Below are positions 31,078 to 42,541 of a stretch of DNA of 64,000 nucleotides, piece after piece. The position numbers were made by a program, and so were the translations under genes. The notes under the pieces were generated by a model, which did not search any database, was not told the origin of the DNA, and saw only the letters and a list, made by a program, of their open reading frames with translations. This stretch comes from an uncultured Clostridia bacterium (GTDB lineage Bacteria > Bacillota > Clostridia > TANB77 > CAG-508). The stretch spans positions 9,401 to 73,400 of the forward strand of contig CALYAA010000004.1 in assembly GCA_944393385.1 (NCBI GenBank), given 5' to 3'. Positions within the stretch are counted from its first letter, which is position 1, and every line of letters begins with the position of its first letter.

Positions 31078-31899
31078 TTATTTTACTTGAAAGTCTAATA
31101 CACTTTCTTTTGAATCATTATCTTGAAAGTGCCACCATTCACTTCTTAAAGGTATAAATCCATTTTTCGTCATAATCTTTGCAAGAATTTTTGCTTCTTT
31201 ATTATTATAATCTACTACTGAATATACACTTAAATCATGTATTTTAGTTTGCATTTCTAATTCTTTGCCAGTTTTTAAATCTACTAATGTTAAATCTAAA
31301 GCAACTCCATAATTATGTGATGAAGCATTTTCCGCTAGAAACCATTTTTGACTATATTCAAAATTATTTACAGTTGCATTAAAATATTCTTTAAATTTAT
31401 CTGCAACTAATAAAGTATTTTGATATAAATATTTTGTTACAGAATATGGTCTATATGTATCATAAATTTTTAGTGTAAAGCCTTGTTTTAATGCTGTGTC
31501 TTCAGCAGAGAATAATTTTATTGCTGTATTTAGCATTAAAGGAACTTTAATATCTTCTCCCATCTCTGTATATAATTTTTTTCTTGTTACATTAGGTATT
31601 TCATTTCCATGTATATTATAAATTGATGATTTTGCATTTGTAATCTCATATTGAACTTGTTTTTGCATAACATCTGGCAAATTTATTAGAATAAATTTTT
31701 TATCTATTAAAACTTTTTTTCCATTTTCCATTAATGCTACAATCATTTTTTTATTATATTCATTAAAAATCTTTCCTCTTAAATATTGCTTTATCTCTAT
31801 AATTTCATCTGTATTATATATTTTACATTTTAAATCATTTGTTACCCATATTCTAGCATTTACTAAATTTTCGAAAAATTTATTCATAAAAAATTTCAT
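31078..31899 (-). CDS. M15 family D-Ala-D-Ala dipeptidase-like protein
   Basis: IYDTYRP, SSHNYGVALDLTL, EWWHF. Confidence 0.88.
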   Translation of the reverse strand: MKFFMNKFFENLVNARIWVTNDLKCKIYNTDEIIEIKQYLRGKIFNEYNKKMIVALMENGKKVLIDKKFILINLPDVMQKQVQYEITNAKSSIYNIHGNEIPNVTRKKLYTEMGEDIKVPLMLNTAIKLFSAEDTALKQGFTLKIYDTYRPYSVTKYLYQNTLLVADKFKEYFNATVNNFEYSQKWFLAENASSHNYGVALDLTLVDLKTGKELEMQTKIHDLSVYSVVDYNNKEAKILAKIMTKNGFIPLRSEWWHFQDNDSKESVLDFQVK

Positions 31900-32014
31900 T
31901 CCTTTCCTAGATACACATAGTTATAAAAGGACTTTATTTCAAACTAATTTCATTCCTTTCTTTTTTTGCTAAAAGGTACTTACCGTAAAATGAAAAAATT
32001 TTTAAAATTATTTA

Positions 32015-33154
32015 TTAATTTACAAAAAACTTTTTAAAAATACTATACATTATTTGAGTTCCTAATATAACGGTATCTATATCTACTCGAAAATCTACAC
32101 TATGTTGTGAAAAATATTTCTCTTGCCCACAACCAACAAATATAAAAGCACCATTTCTTTCTTGTAAAATATATGAGAAATCTTCTGAGCACATTGTTGT
32201 ATAGTCTTTTATAATATTTTCTTTTCCTACAATCTCTTTTGAAACTTCTTCAACTAAATCTGTATATTCCTTACTATTTACAAGTGCTGGGTATTTGTCA
32301 TCTTTAAAAGTTACAACAGCTCTTCCATTCATAGATTTTGCAATATTTGTAGATATTTCTTCTATTCTATTTTTTATATAATCTCTTAAATCATTATTAA
32401 ATGTTCTACAAATCCCTTTCATTTCAACTTTATTAGGTATTTTATTATTACTATTTCCTCCATTTATTGCAGTAATTCCAACAACTGCTGTTTCATGAGG
32501 GCTTATATTTCTTCCTACTATTCCCTGTAACGCAAGAACTATTGAACTTGCTATATATATTGGGTCAATACATTTCTCTGGTATTGCACCATGACCTTCT
32601 TTTCCATATACAGTTATATTAAATGGATCTGTCGAAGCCATTATCGGTCCTGATTTTATTCCAATTGTTCCTTTTTTTAGCTCACTCCAAACATGTAAAG
32701 CAAAAACACAATCTACTTTTGGGTTTTCTAAAACTCCTTCTTCAATCATTTTTTTAGCTCCACCACTTGTTTCTTCTGCTGGTTGAAATAGTATTTTTAT
32801 TGTACCTTTTATTTTATCTTTTTCTTTTATTATAAGTTCTGCTAATGCCAACATTATTGTCATGTGGGCATCATGTCCACATGCATGTTGCATTTTTCCT
32901 TTTTCATCCATTTCTAATGCATCCATTTCACATCTAAATAAAACACATGGCTTTTCTGTTTTTCCTCTTAAAATCGCCATTACCCCTGTTTGGGCTATAT
33001 TTGTTCTTATTTCATAGCCTAATCTTTTTAATCTTTCAATAATATATTTTGAAGTTTCTATTTCTTCAAAACCTTTTTCTGGATGATTCCAGAAAAAGGT
33101 TTTGTCTTCTTCCATTTGTTTTTTTAATTTAATTATTTTTTCATCTATCTTCAT
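32015..33154 (-). CDS. M20D amidohydrolase
   Basis: HPEKGFEE, HACGHDAH, FQPAEE, GHGAIP, SEDF. Confidence 0.92.
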   Translation of the reverse strand: MKIDEKIIKLKKQMEEDKTFFWNHPEKGFEEIETSKYIIERLKRLGYEIRTNIAQTGVMAILRGKTEKPCVLFRCEMDALEMDEKGKMQHACGHDAHMTIMLALAELIIKEKDKIKGTIKILFQPAEETSGGAKKMIEEGVLENPKVDCVFALHVWSELKKGTIGIKSGPIMASTDPFNITVYGKEGHGAIPEKCIDPIYIASSIVLALQGIVGRNISPHETAVVGITAINGGNSNNKIPNKVEMKGICRTFNNDLRDYIKNRIEEISTNIAKSMNGRAVVTFKDDKYPALVNSKEYTDLVEEVSKEIVGKENIIKDYTTMCSEDFSYILQERNGAFIFVGCGQEKYFSQHSVDFRVDIDTVILGTQIMYSIFKKFFVN

Positions 33155-34130
33155 CAAAACACCTATCCATATATTCAAAATCTTTTATTAAATTTTTTTC
33201 CATAACATTACCACTTCTTTGAATAGTTTTTGGTTTTTCATCAATTCCTTCGAATTTTAAATATTCAAAAGCACTCATTAAATCAAAGTAATTTTTATCA
33301 ATTTTAGAATAATCAAATATTCTTCCAAATTTTTCTTTTTGCATTAATTCTTTAACACTAAATTTACAAAATCTATGTTTACTGAAAAATTTTTGTAAAT
33401 ATGTTCTAAACTCTTTTGGAGTAATTTCTTGATCAATTAATTTTATTTCTAATATCCTATTCATTATTCCATTTAAATTGTGTGGATGTGGGAAAAATTG
33501 TTCTGTGGAAAATTGTATTAACATTTGTGGCTTTTTATTTTTTAAATATATTTCTTCATTCAAATTATCTTTTCCTAATAATTTAGAAACATCAACCTCT
33601 ATGCCTTCTTTAGGTGACTTTACATCTCCTAAAAATGTCATTTCATCATCAACTAATTCATATCCTAAACTATTATATAATTTATGAGCTATCTCATTTC
33701 CTTCAACTGTAACTATAGATATTGTTTGCAATTCATCTTTTCTTCTAGCAGTATCTTCCATTAGTTTTTTATAAACTTGAGTAGCTAGTGTTTTTTTTCT
33801 ATATTCTGGATTTGTCCAAACACCACATAAATATGGTATTTTTTTTTCATTTCCAAAATTAATTAGATTATAAAATGCTAATGATACTAAATTATCATCA
33901 TGAAATGCTCCAGCACCTATAACATTATTTTCAACAAATAGTTTCTTTAATACTTTTTTATATTCTAATATGTATTTATTACTTGCACCATTTCCATTCT
34001 CTGTTTCTTGCATTTTTCTAGCTAAAGCAATTTTATCAATATCTTCTAAAGTTAACTTTCTTATATAAAATTTTTCTAATTCATTTCCTGATGTATGAAA
34101 AAATACTCTGTCTTTAATAAACATTTTCAT
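33141..34130 (-). CDS. GNAT N-acetyltransferase with extra C-terminal domain
   Basis: YLCGVWTNPEYRKKTLA, NEIAHKLYNSLGY. Confidence 0.8.
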   Translation of the reverse strand: MKMFIKDRVFFHTSGNELEKFYIRKLTLEDIDKIALARKMQETENGNGASNKYILEYKKVLKKLFVENNVIGAGAFHDDNLVSLAFYNLINFGNEKKIPYLCGVWTNPEYRKKTLATQVYKKLMEDTARRKDELQTISIVTVEGNEIAHKLYNSLGYELVDDEMTFLGDVKSPKEGIEVDVSKLLGKDNLNEEIYLKNKKPQMLIQFSTEQFFPHPHNLNGIMNRILEIKLIDQEITPKEFRTYLQKFFSKHRFCKFSVKELMQKEKFGRIFDYSKIDKNYFDLMSAFEYLKFEGIDEKPKTIQRSGNVMEKNLIKDFEYMDRCFDEDR

Positions 34131-34255
34131 ATTCCTTTCTAATTTAAAATGTATAAAATTACATTCTCTATCCTTTTGTAATTTTCTACTTATAATTGAA
34201 AATCTAAATAGTGTAAAAGCAAATTTAAAAATATTTTTTGCTTTTGACTCTTATT

Positions 34256-35575
34256 TTATTGTTGAAGTTCGTTTTGGCTTTGAATATGATTTATTTGTTT
34301 TTTTAGTCTTGAAATTTTTCTTTCTTTTTCAGGAATAAATTTATGATTAAATCCTTTTAACTTTCCTTTTATTGATTTTGCTCTAACTAATCTTATCTTT
34401 TCTTTTTCTTCATATTTTAATTGTTCTTGTAAAACTTTTAATTTAACTGAATCTGTCATATTTCTATTTTCTGGATTGTAATTATATAAAACAGCCAATT
34501 TATTATACATATTTGATAAATATTCCATCGCTTCTTCTCTATCAATTCTACAAATATGAACTTCTCTATCTCTTCCTTGTCTACGGTTTACATATAAACT
34601 ATCTGTTAATCCAAAAAATTCAGAAACATATTTTGATGATAAATTATCTCTATGTAATGTTGAACACAAAAATATTTCTTTATTTTGGGAATTTTTAAAG
34701 TGTTCATTTATATGTTTTTTTATTCCTTCAAAAACAATTATTCTAGCAATTCCTAAGCTTCTATTATGTGGATTAGTAAGATATGTATCTATTTCTACTG
34801 AATTTTTTGTATTTGCTGTATAATATTTTTCTTCTTCAAACTCTGGCCTTTCATAAATTTGAAGAGATCCTTTTTCTAATATATCTGCATATTCTTTTTC
34901 ATCTTTCATAAATGTTTCATAATCTTGTATTGATTCATTTACATTACTTTGTCTTGTTCCAAATTCTTTTTCTATATCTTCTAATGTGATCCAATAAAAC
35001 ATTTCGTATTTATTATTAATATCTTCATTATAATTTTTTTCAATATATTCTGCCATATATTTATTTAAATTTTCTCTTAATTCACTTTTTTCATGATATC
35101 CATTTTGTTTCATTTCGCTTTTTAAATATTCATATAATGTTGTTTGTTTTTGTTTGTTTTTGGCATTATATTCTTGTAATATTCTTTTTTTGGCATATTC
35201 AAATGCCTGTATTTTTATAATATATATTTTTCTTAAATCTTTTTTATATTCTTGCTCATTTGGATATTTTGATTTTATATATTCCTTATATTTTTTTCCA
35301 TATTTAAAATATTTTGTAATATCATTATATGTAAAAGGTTTTTGTCCTTGTGTTATATATGTTGTTGCTTCTACATTGCCTTTTTCATCTACTGCTACAA
35401 AAACAGAATTTTCTTTTGAGTGTACATATTCTGATATGCCGTCTCTTCCTGTGTCAAATAATTGACCTTCTCTTCCTTCCTGTTTCATTACTTCTAGACT
35501 TATTTGTTCCAATTTAACAATTTGGTCTAGATACTTTTCTTCGTTATCTTTAGTAAGTTCAACTATTTTAATCAT
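34256..35575 (-). CDS. Hypothetical protein, probable GNAT fold with a large helical insertion
   Basis: IKIVELT..YLDQIVKLE, VFVAVDEKG; later EIDTYLTNPHNRSLGIAR, HRDNLSSKYVSEFFG. Confidence 0.6.
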   Translation of the reverse strand: MIKIVELTKDNEEKYLDQIVKLEQISLEVMKQEGREGQLFDTGRDGISEYVHSKENSVFVAVDEKGNVEATTYITQGQKPFTYNDITKYFKYGKKYKEYIKSKYPNEQEYKKDLRKIYIIKIQAFEYAKKRILQEYNAKNKQKQTTLYEYLKSEMKQNGYHEKSELRENLNKYMAEYIEKNYNEDINNKYEMFYWITLEDIEKEFGTRQSNVNESIQDYETFMKDEKEYADILEKGSLQIYERPEFEEEKYYTANTKNSVEIDTYLTNPHNRSLGIARIIVFEGIKKHINEHFKNSQNKEIFLCSTLHRDNLSSKYVSEFFGLTDSLYVNRRQGRDREVHICRIDREEAMEYLSNMYNKLAVLYNYNPENRNMTDSVKLKVLQEQLKYEEKEKIRLVRAKSIKGKLKGFNHKFIPEKERKISRLKKQINHIQSQNELQQ

Positions 35576-35645
35576 ATTTTTGCACCTCTTAGGTTCTTAT
35601 TTAGCCGTAAAATATAATTATATTTTGCTAAGCTGTTTGTTATTT

Positions 35646-37073
35646 TTAATTTGTTTGTTCTACTGGTTCTGTATCTTCTGTTTGCTGTGTATCTTCTGTT
35701 TGCTCGATCTGTTCTGATGTATCTTTAGTTGTAACATCTTTTGCAATACAATTTGTGAACATATCTAATGAATTTGTTACATTATCCATAGACCATTCTG
35801 CACCTACATATACTGTTTCAAGACTTGTACAATTATAAAACATTTCATACATTGTAGTTACCTTTTGAGTATTAAAACTACTTAAATCAATTTCTTTTAA
35901 ACTTGAACATCCTCTGAACATAGAACTCATATCTCTTAACTCTCTTGTAGTAAATCCTTCAAAATTAATTGTTTCTAATTTTGTACATCCTTCAAACATA
36001 GATTTCATTCCTTCTACATTTCTAGTAACAAAGTTACTTAAATCTAAAGATGTAAGACTACTACATCCTCCAAACATATAGTTCATGTTTGTAACTTTAC
36101 TTGTATCAATTTTGCTCATTCTAATTGTTTCTAATTTATCACAATTGTAAAACATATATCTCATATCAGTAACTTTTCCAGTTTCAAAACTGTATAGGTT
36201 GATATTTACAATATTATGGCACTCACTAAACATATTCATCATTGTTGTAACATTTGCTGTATTAAAACTGCTTAAATTTAACCCAGTTAGATTATTACAT
36301 CCTCCAAACATATAACTCATATCTGTACAATTTGCTGTATTAAAATTACTTACATCAAGTTCTACTAAGTTTTTGCAGTCAAAAAACATTTTGTTCATAT
36401 TTGTTACTTTACTTGTATTAAAATTATTTATTTGTAATTCTGTTAAAGAACTACAATTATAAAACATTTCTGACATATTTTCTACATTACTTGTATTAAA
36501 TCCACTAATATCTAAATTAGTTAAATTGCTACAATTGTAAAACATATCCATCATATTAACAACATTACTTGTATCAAATTCCCCTAGTGTTAATTCTGTT
36601 AGTCCACTACATCCATAGAACATATTACTCATACTAACTACTCTACTAGTACTCATATTTTCTAAGTTTATGCTTGTAATATATCTACAATCATAAAACC
36701 AATAATCTGTATTTGTTGGAACGATTTGATCTATTACATTTACACTAGTTATATTTCTTCTATATTGATACCAAGGTGGTAATATTGATGCACCAAAAGT
36801 TTGATTTTTTATATTTTCTTGAAATACTATTCCATTTTGGGTCTGCTCAGTTGTTGAAAAAGTTAATGTTCCATCTTCATACAATGTTGCAAATATATTT
36901 GTTGCATTTGGATTGTCAACCCAAATTTGATTGTCTCCTATATCACCATCATTGTTATCATTAAATTTAATAGCTAAAAATATTATTATTGCTCCTACAA
37001 CAATTACTATTGCTAGTACAATTGCTATTAATGCAATTAATGCCATTCCATTATTTTTCTTTAGTTTTTCCAT
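35646..37073 (-). CDS. BspA/DUF285-type leucine-rich-repeat surface protein
   Basis: N-terminal TM followed by about 12 repeats of FNTSNVxNMxxMFxxCxxLxxLDLS. Confidence 0.9.
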   Translation of the reverse strand: MEKLKKNNGMALIALIAIVLAIVIVVGAIIIFLAIKFNDNNDGDIGDNQIWVDNPNATNIFATLYEDGTLTFSTTEQTQNGIVFQENIKNQTFGASILPPWYQYRRNITSVNVIDQIVPTNTDYWFYDCRYITSINLENMSTSRVVSMSNMFYGCSGLTELTLGEFDTSNVVNMMDMFYNCSNLTNLDISGFNTSNVENMSEMFYNCSSLTELQINNFNTSKVTNMNKMFFDCKNLVELDVSNFNTANCTDMSYMFGGCNNLTGLNLSSFNTANVTTMMNMFSECHNIVNINLYSFETGKVTDMRYMFYNCDKLETIRMSKIDTSKVTNMNYMFGGCSSLTSLDLSNFVTRNVEGMKSMFEGCTKLETINFEGFTTRELRDMSSMFRGCSSLKEIDLSSFNTQKVTTMYEMFYNCTSLETVYVGAEWSMDNVTNSLDMFTNCIAKDVTTKDTSEQIEQTEDTQQTEDTEPVEQTN

Positions 37074-37122
37074 TTTTTACTTCATTCCTTTCTTCAGATA
37101 TAAAATTTTATATCTACTTTAA

Positions 37123-39519
37123 TTATATTTTTAAAATTTTACATACAATTAAACTCATATCATCTTTTATGATTCCATAATTATTATCAACTGCTTCATT
37201 TAAAATAATGTCTGCAATTTTTTGTGCACTTGTTGTTTCAATATCTTCTAGTATATATTTAACCCATAATTCTTTATTTTTATATTCAACATTTGCATCA
37301 ATGATTCCATCACTACACATCACTAAAATATCTTGATTTATAATATCCTTATCATATACTGTCAAATTAATATCTTTTAAAATTCCAGCTGGTAAACTCA
37401 GTGATTTTACAATTTGTACATTCTTACCATTTTTTACAAATGTAGGACATGCTCCATTTTTAATAAATTCAACTTTCCCATTAAATAAATCAACAATAAT
37501 AATATCTAGAGTTGCAAATATTTCTTCATTTGTGTTCATAATTGTTGTATTAATTAAATCTATTGATGTGTCTTTATCAAAACCTGACATTAATAATCTT
37601 TCTAACATTTTTATTGCTATTTGGCTACTCTTTCTAGCTTCTGGTCCAGATCCCATTCCATCACTTATTGCTAATAAATATTTACCATCACTTAATCTAA
37701 TTTGCAAACAACTGTCACCTGAAATAGGACTTCCATTTTTTACTCTTGAAGCTTGTCCAATTTGTAATAAGAATTTATCTTCTGCCATATAACAAAATGC
37801 TCTTTTACATTGTTTGTTTAATTTCTTGGTTTTAACCTCATTTATAACAAATTTTTCTTTAAATGTTTTTTCCAAAACATTCTTTATTTTTTCTATATCT
37901 TTATTTTCACTTGTTTTACTATCTTCTTTCAAATATATATCTATAAATGTTCTATTTTCTTTTTCTTGTATTTCTAATTCATCAACAAGTATTCCCTTTA
38001 TTTCTAATGCTGTAATTGTTTTTTTCTTTTTATCTATATATATGTCGTCTTTTTTGTTCTCTTTTTCTATTTTAACTGCAATACTAGATATTGCTTTTGA
38101 AACTCCATCTAGTTGAGCTTGTACACTTTGTTTATTTTGTTTAACTTTTTCTTCCCATATAAAATCAGATTTACTTGTTTTATATGCATAATTTACTGCT
38201 TTAACAATTTGCTCAACTTCTGATTTTACATTTTTATTTTCTATAGCTATGATATAGTGATTATGTTTGGCAAAAATATTTATAATATCTTTACTGTCTA
38301 TTTCTTGCTTTTCAAGCAAAAGATTAAATATATCATCAAATATTTCGTTATTAATATTTATGATGTCTTCATATAAGATGTTATCTTCTAATCCGTCTAA
38401 ATTATTTAACAATTCTGTTTTAAATGTTTCTTTATTTTTTTGATTTATTTCATCTTCTGTTTTATTTACAACAGGTACATATGTTTCAGCAATATCTTTT
38501 ATAGTTTCTGATACCATATTTAATTGTTCTATTGCCTCATTACTAGAATTTAACCTATTATTTGCAAAACTTGGTAAGTATTCTTCTTTATCTACTAATC
38601 CATCTATATTAATTCTAATCCATTTTGGAATTAAAAGAAGTCCTATAGAAGCAACTAGTATTTCTTTGAATAAAACAAAATTGTTTGTATCTCCTTTTGA
38701 TACATAAAATAATAATCCATTTCCTATACAAAAACCAACTATCACCCCTATTTTTCCAAATCTATTAAGCAAACCCGAAACCATTCCAGAAATTGCATAT
38801 CCTGCAACAAGAATTGGTTCACTTTGTGAAATTATCCCTAATGTTACTCCAATTGTAACTCCAGCAGTTGTACCTATTAATACTCCATTTCTCCATCCAA
38901 GTAGTAATACAATAAAAATGCTTAATATATTCCTTATTGATAATCCAAGTATTGAAAAATCGCCAAATGCAGAAATTGCAACAGATATTAATAAACAAGC
39001 TCCTATTACTTCTTCAATGGAAAAAGCTTGTTTATCATTAATTCCTTGTAGTACAGAAAGTGAATTTACAAATATTTTATAAAAAATAACAGATATAATC
39101 GCAAGTACAATATGTAATAATAAATCACCTACAGTAAATTCAGTTAAAAACATTTTCGCAACCATAATTATCATAATACTACAAAAAATATGTTTTGAAA
39201 TTTGCATTTTTTCATTTTTATATTCATCATTTTCTTTTGGTGGCCTTATACATAATAAAATTAATAGCATTAATAATATTAATATATAATTAAGAGCTCC
39301 AATAATACCAACACCTATTAAGTTGCCAACAAGACCCAACACTACAACTACAATCGCAGGTATACCACTAGAAAAGCACGCACCTACAATTGCAATACTA
39401 AATGGAGATACTTCTTGTTCCATTCCTACAGTAGATATCATAAATGCCAACACATATATGATTATATTTTTTACACTAAACAAATTTTTTAGTATTTCTT
39501 TATTGTTCATAATCATCAT
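37123..39519 (-). CDS. spoIIE: Stage II sporulation protein E (PP2C phosphatase)
   Basis: Multi-TM N-terminus; SGDS, ISDGMGSG, FATLD, KNGACP, SDG, DDMS. Confidence 0.9.
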   Translation of the reverse strand: MMIMNNKEILKNLFSVKNIIIYVLAFMISTVGMEQEVSPFSIAIVGACFSSGIPAIVVVVLGLVGNLIGVGIIGALNYILILLMLLILLCIRPPKENDEYKNEKMQISKHIFCSIMIIMVAKMFLTEFTVGDLLLHIVLAIISVIFYKIFVNSLSVLQGINDKQAFSIEEVIGACLLISVAISAFGDFSILGLSIRNILSIFIVLLLGWRNGVLIGTTAGVTIGVTLGIISQSEPILVAGYAISGMVSGLLNRFGKIGVIVGFCIGNGLLFYVSKGDTNNFVLFKEILVASIGLLLIPKWIRINIDGLVDKEEYLPSFANNRLNSSNEAIEQLNMVSETIKDIAETYVPVVNKTEDEINQKNKETFKTELLNNLDGLEDNILYEDIININNEIFDDIFNLLLEKQEIDSKDIINIFAKHNHYIIAIENKNVKSEVEQIVKAVNYAYKTSKSDFIWEEKVKQNKQSVQAQLDGVSKAISSIAVKIEKENKKDDIYIDKKKKTITALEIKGILVDELEIQEKENRTFIDIYLKEDSKTSENKDIEKIKNVLEKTFKEKFVINEVKTKKLNKQCKRAFCYMAEDKFLLQIGQASRVKNGSPISGDSCLQIRLSDGKYLLAISDGMGSGPEARKSSQIAIKMLERLLMSGFDKDTSIDLINTTIMNTNEEIFATLDIIIVDLFNGKVEFIKNGACPTFVKNGKNVQIVKSLSLPAGILKDINLTVYDKDIINQDILVMCSDGIIDANVEYKNKELWVKYILEDIETTSAQKIADIILNEAVDNNYGIIKDDMSLIVCKILKI

Positions 39520-39619
39520 TTAACACCTCATGTAATATTTTAATACTTGTCTTATGTGTTTTTTGTCTTTTCTTGTAATCAAATACAAAAAATTTTTTTA
39601 CATTTTATGATACATTATT

Positions 39620-40852
39620 TTATTTTTTTAATAGATATATTATATTAATTGCATTTACAACAAAACTAACTAGAAGTAGTACTGCAATAAATATGTTATT
39701 TTTAGTATTTTTTTCTATATTCATTTCTTTATACAAAATATCATATTTATTTTTTGTATCAAAATAAATATTATCCAATTCTAATATTTCTTTTAAATGA
39801 TGATAAAATATTGTACCTATATCTTCATTCGTAACCTCATTTATCCATAAACTTTTCGTGAATTTTATAAATTCTTTTCTCGTTTGTTTTATTTTGATTC
39901 CTTGTCTAAATTTTAAATTAATCTTTTTTAAATATAATCTTGTATATAATGCTAAAATATATGTATAAAAATATTGTTCTTCAAATTCCTGTGGAAATAC
40001 TGTATAATTATTTATATCACAACTTGAGCTAAATAATGTTATACTTTGTTTTGTTACACCAAGTTTAGCATATTTCCATCTAGAAATAATTTTCATATCA
40101 TCTTTTGAATACCCTACACTATTGTCACTTGGTAACACATTCAAAAACTTGTAATAATTTTCTTTTATTTTATCAAATTCATTAATACTGTTCCATCCCT
40201 CTTCATCAATACAAACATAAGAATAAGTAAATGCTCTTTCAGTATCTATATCAAGCTTAATTGTCTCAATAGATGAACCTGTAATTTCTTCAACAAATTC
40301 TTTAAAATATTTTACATCTTCAAAGCAATCTGTTTGAACTCTTATTTTATCATAATTTTTTATATTACTAAATTCTTGAGTAATATCTCGCATTTTATAA
40401 TTAAAATTTAATAAATCTACGAATTTATCACTATCTTCTATATGTGTTTTAATACACAAAAAACAGATTCCTGTATTAAAACATATTATTTGTATTTTAG
40501 GAATTTTGAAAAATATTCCATTTTTTTCTTGCACTTTTCCTTGAATATCTTTATGTATTGTATATTCAAACATTACACAATTATATTTTGATAATAATGC
40601 TGCTTTAGTTTCTAATGGTAATTCTTGTAGCTTTAACATTTTAGCTTTATTTAGATTAAATGTTCCAAATAAAAAATTTCTAGCTCTATTTGAAAAATAT
40701 GTATATATATCTAAATCTTTGTCTTTTTTAAAAATTTTTAATTCACAATTTTTATCTTTTAATAATTTCATTAAATATCTTAGATATTTATTTTCTTTTA
40801 TAACATAAGGATATATAAAATATGTATATTGATATTTCGTTTTTAATTCCAT
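39620..40852 (-). CDS. Hypothetical protein with C-terminal TM
   Basis: 410-aa ORF with AGAGGA RBS. Confidence 0.75.
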   Translation of the reverse strand: MELKTKYQYTYFIYPYVIKENKYLRYLMKLLKDKNCELKIFKKDKDLDIYTYFSNRARNFLFGTFNLNKAKMLKLQELPLETKAALLSKYNCVMFEYTIHKDIQGKVQEKNGIFFKIPKIQIICFNTGICFLCIKTHIEDSDKFVDLLNFNYKMRDITQEFSNIKNYDKIRVQTDCFEDVKYFKEFVEEITGSSIETIKLDIDTERAFTYSYVCIDEEGWNSINEFDKIKENYYKFLNVLPSDNSVGYSKDDMKIISRWKYAKLGVTKQSITLFSSSCDINNYTVFPQEFEEQYFYTYILALYTRLYLKKINLKFRQGIKIKQTRKEFIKFTKSLWINEVTNEDIGTIFYHHLKEILELDNIYFDTKNKYDILYKEMNIEKNTKNNIFIAVLLLVSFVVNAINIIYLLKK

Positions 40853-40876
40853 CTTTTGTTTCCTCTCTTTTTACAA

Positions 40877-42379
40877 TTAATCTTCGCAATAATAATTCAT
40901 ATTTAAATCTTCTCCTAGATGCCACTTTCCAATAAAATTAATATTTAAATAATTATCTAAATTATATTTAGGTTCTATAATTGTTTGCCCATCTTTATTT
41001 AATGATCCCCACAAGCCATTTTGTTTAACTGCTACAAACCCATATTCATTTTGTTCTGTAGCATCATCATAAATATAATCTACAATAACATTTCCATTTT
41101 TATCTACATAACCATATTTATCATTTTCTTTTTTTAAAAATAATGTACTATTTTTTAAAGATTCTGTACTTGGAATCTCTTCACAATTTAAATTATAATA
41201 TTTATATTCATTATCAATTCTCATTCTAATATAATCTTTATTTATATCAACTAATATTCCTATTAATTTTACATTATAATCTTTATCAATTATTGATGTT
41301 TGAAAGTTCTCATCTTCTACTAAAAATAAATCTGTTTCTTCATTATAAGTAATACCTGTATAAGAAAATGGTAATTTTTCTTGTTGATTGACATCAATTA
41401 TTCCATATTTATCATTTTGTTTTGCAATATATATATCATCTTTAACTTGTTTTAAATCTTGATATTTGGCTTCTATTAGTGTTTCTCCAGATGTACTCAT
41501 TTCACCATACAAATTATCTAAAACAAATATGACTCCTCTTGTTGTGCTTGACTTTATATCATCAAAACCATCTTCTATAAGTGTTTCTCCTGAAGAATTA
41601 ATTAACTTTTCTTTTCCGCCTTCAATAACTAAGTAATTATTTTCAAGATATATTTGTTTAATTTCATCAAATTTATTTTCTAAGATTTGTTGCTTTGTAG
41701 CACTTATAATTCCGTACTTTCCTTCAGAATTAACCGTTATATATCCTTCTTTATATGTTTCTCCTAAATTTTTAATTTCTGTATATTGTGGTTCTATTAA
41801 AATACTTCCTGAATTATTAGCCAAACCCTTTTGCCCATCTTTCTCTATTATTAAACTATTTTCTATTCCTTCAATAACACTAATATTGTCATAGTCACAT
41901 GGTAAAACTTGTTTTCCATTTAAATTTATAAGCCCATATTTTCCGTTTTGCATCACCTTAAGTACATTTTGTTCATACCATAGATTTTCATTTTCATCAA
42001 AATTTTCTATAGGAAGTATTTGTTCATATTGAGTGAATATTTCTTCATTATCTTTATTTAAAGCTTTTGTTTTATATGTTCCTGTAGAATCATCAATATC
42101 ATATGTACATATAAAAACATCTTTAGTATTATCTGGAATAACAATCATTTCTTGATATGATGGACTTATAACTGTTTCACCGTCTTGATTGATTACTCCC
42201 CATTTGTCTGCAGAAAACACTGCAAAATAATTGTATTCTCTGTTTAATTTACTTCTTTGTGCTAATACATCTTTAATTATTAAGACAAACATAATAATTA
42301 CAACTATTGCAATTATAACAGCAAATACTTTTTGATAATTTAATTTTCCTTCTGTCTCATATCTTTTTCCTCTACTCAT
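40877..42379 (-). CDS. WG-repeat membrane-anchored protein
   Basis: N-terminal TM; repeated K(W/Y)GxIxxxGxxxIxPxY units. Confidence 0.88.
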   Translation of the reverse strand: MSRGKRYETEGKLNYQKVFAVIIAIVVIIMFVLIIKDVLAQRSKLNREYNYFAVFSADKWGVINQDGETVISPSYQEMIVIPDNTKDVFICTYDIDDSTGTYKTKALNKDNEEIFTQYEQILPIENFDENENLWYEQNVLKVMQNGKYGLINLNGKQVLPCDYDNISVIEGIENSLIIEKDGQKGLANNSGSILIEPQYTEIKNLGETYKEGYITVNSEGKYGIISATKQQILENKFDEIKQIYLENNYLVIEGGKEKLINSSGETLIEDGFDDIKSSTTRGVIFVLDNLYGEMSTSGETLIEAKYQDLKQVKDDIYIAKQNDKYGIIDVNQQEKLPFSYTGITYNEETDLFLVEDENFQTSIIDKDYNVKLIGILVDINKDYIRMRIDNEYKYYNLNCEEIPSTESLKNSTLFLKKENDKYGYVDKNGNVIVDYIYDDATEQNEYGFVAVKQNGLWGSLNKDGQTIIEPKYNLDNYLNINFIGKWHLGEDLNMNYYCED

Positions 42380-42541
42380 ATTTTTCCTCTTTCTTAAAAT
42401 TGTTCGTCAAATTTATTTATATGTATTTTGACTTTCTATAATATATCATAAATTTTAAATTATTACAATATTTTGAAGCAAAAAAAGAAGCTCAATCATC
42501 TCTAATTACATAGATATGATTAAGCTTTTGATTAATATATA

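Noticed and set aside
31078-31899. vanX vancomycin-resistance gene
   Set aside because: Only the M15 peptidase motifs match; no vanH/vanA/vanR/vanS neighbours
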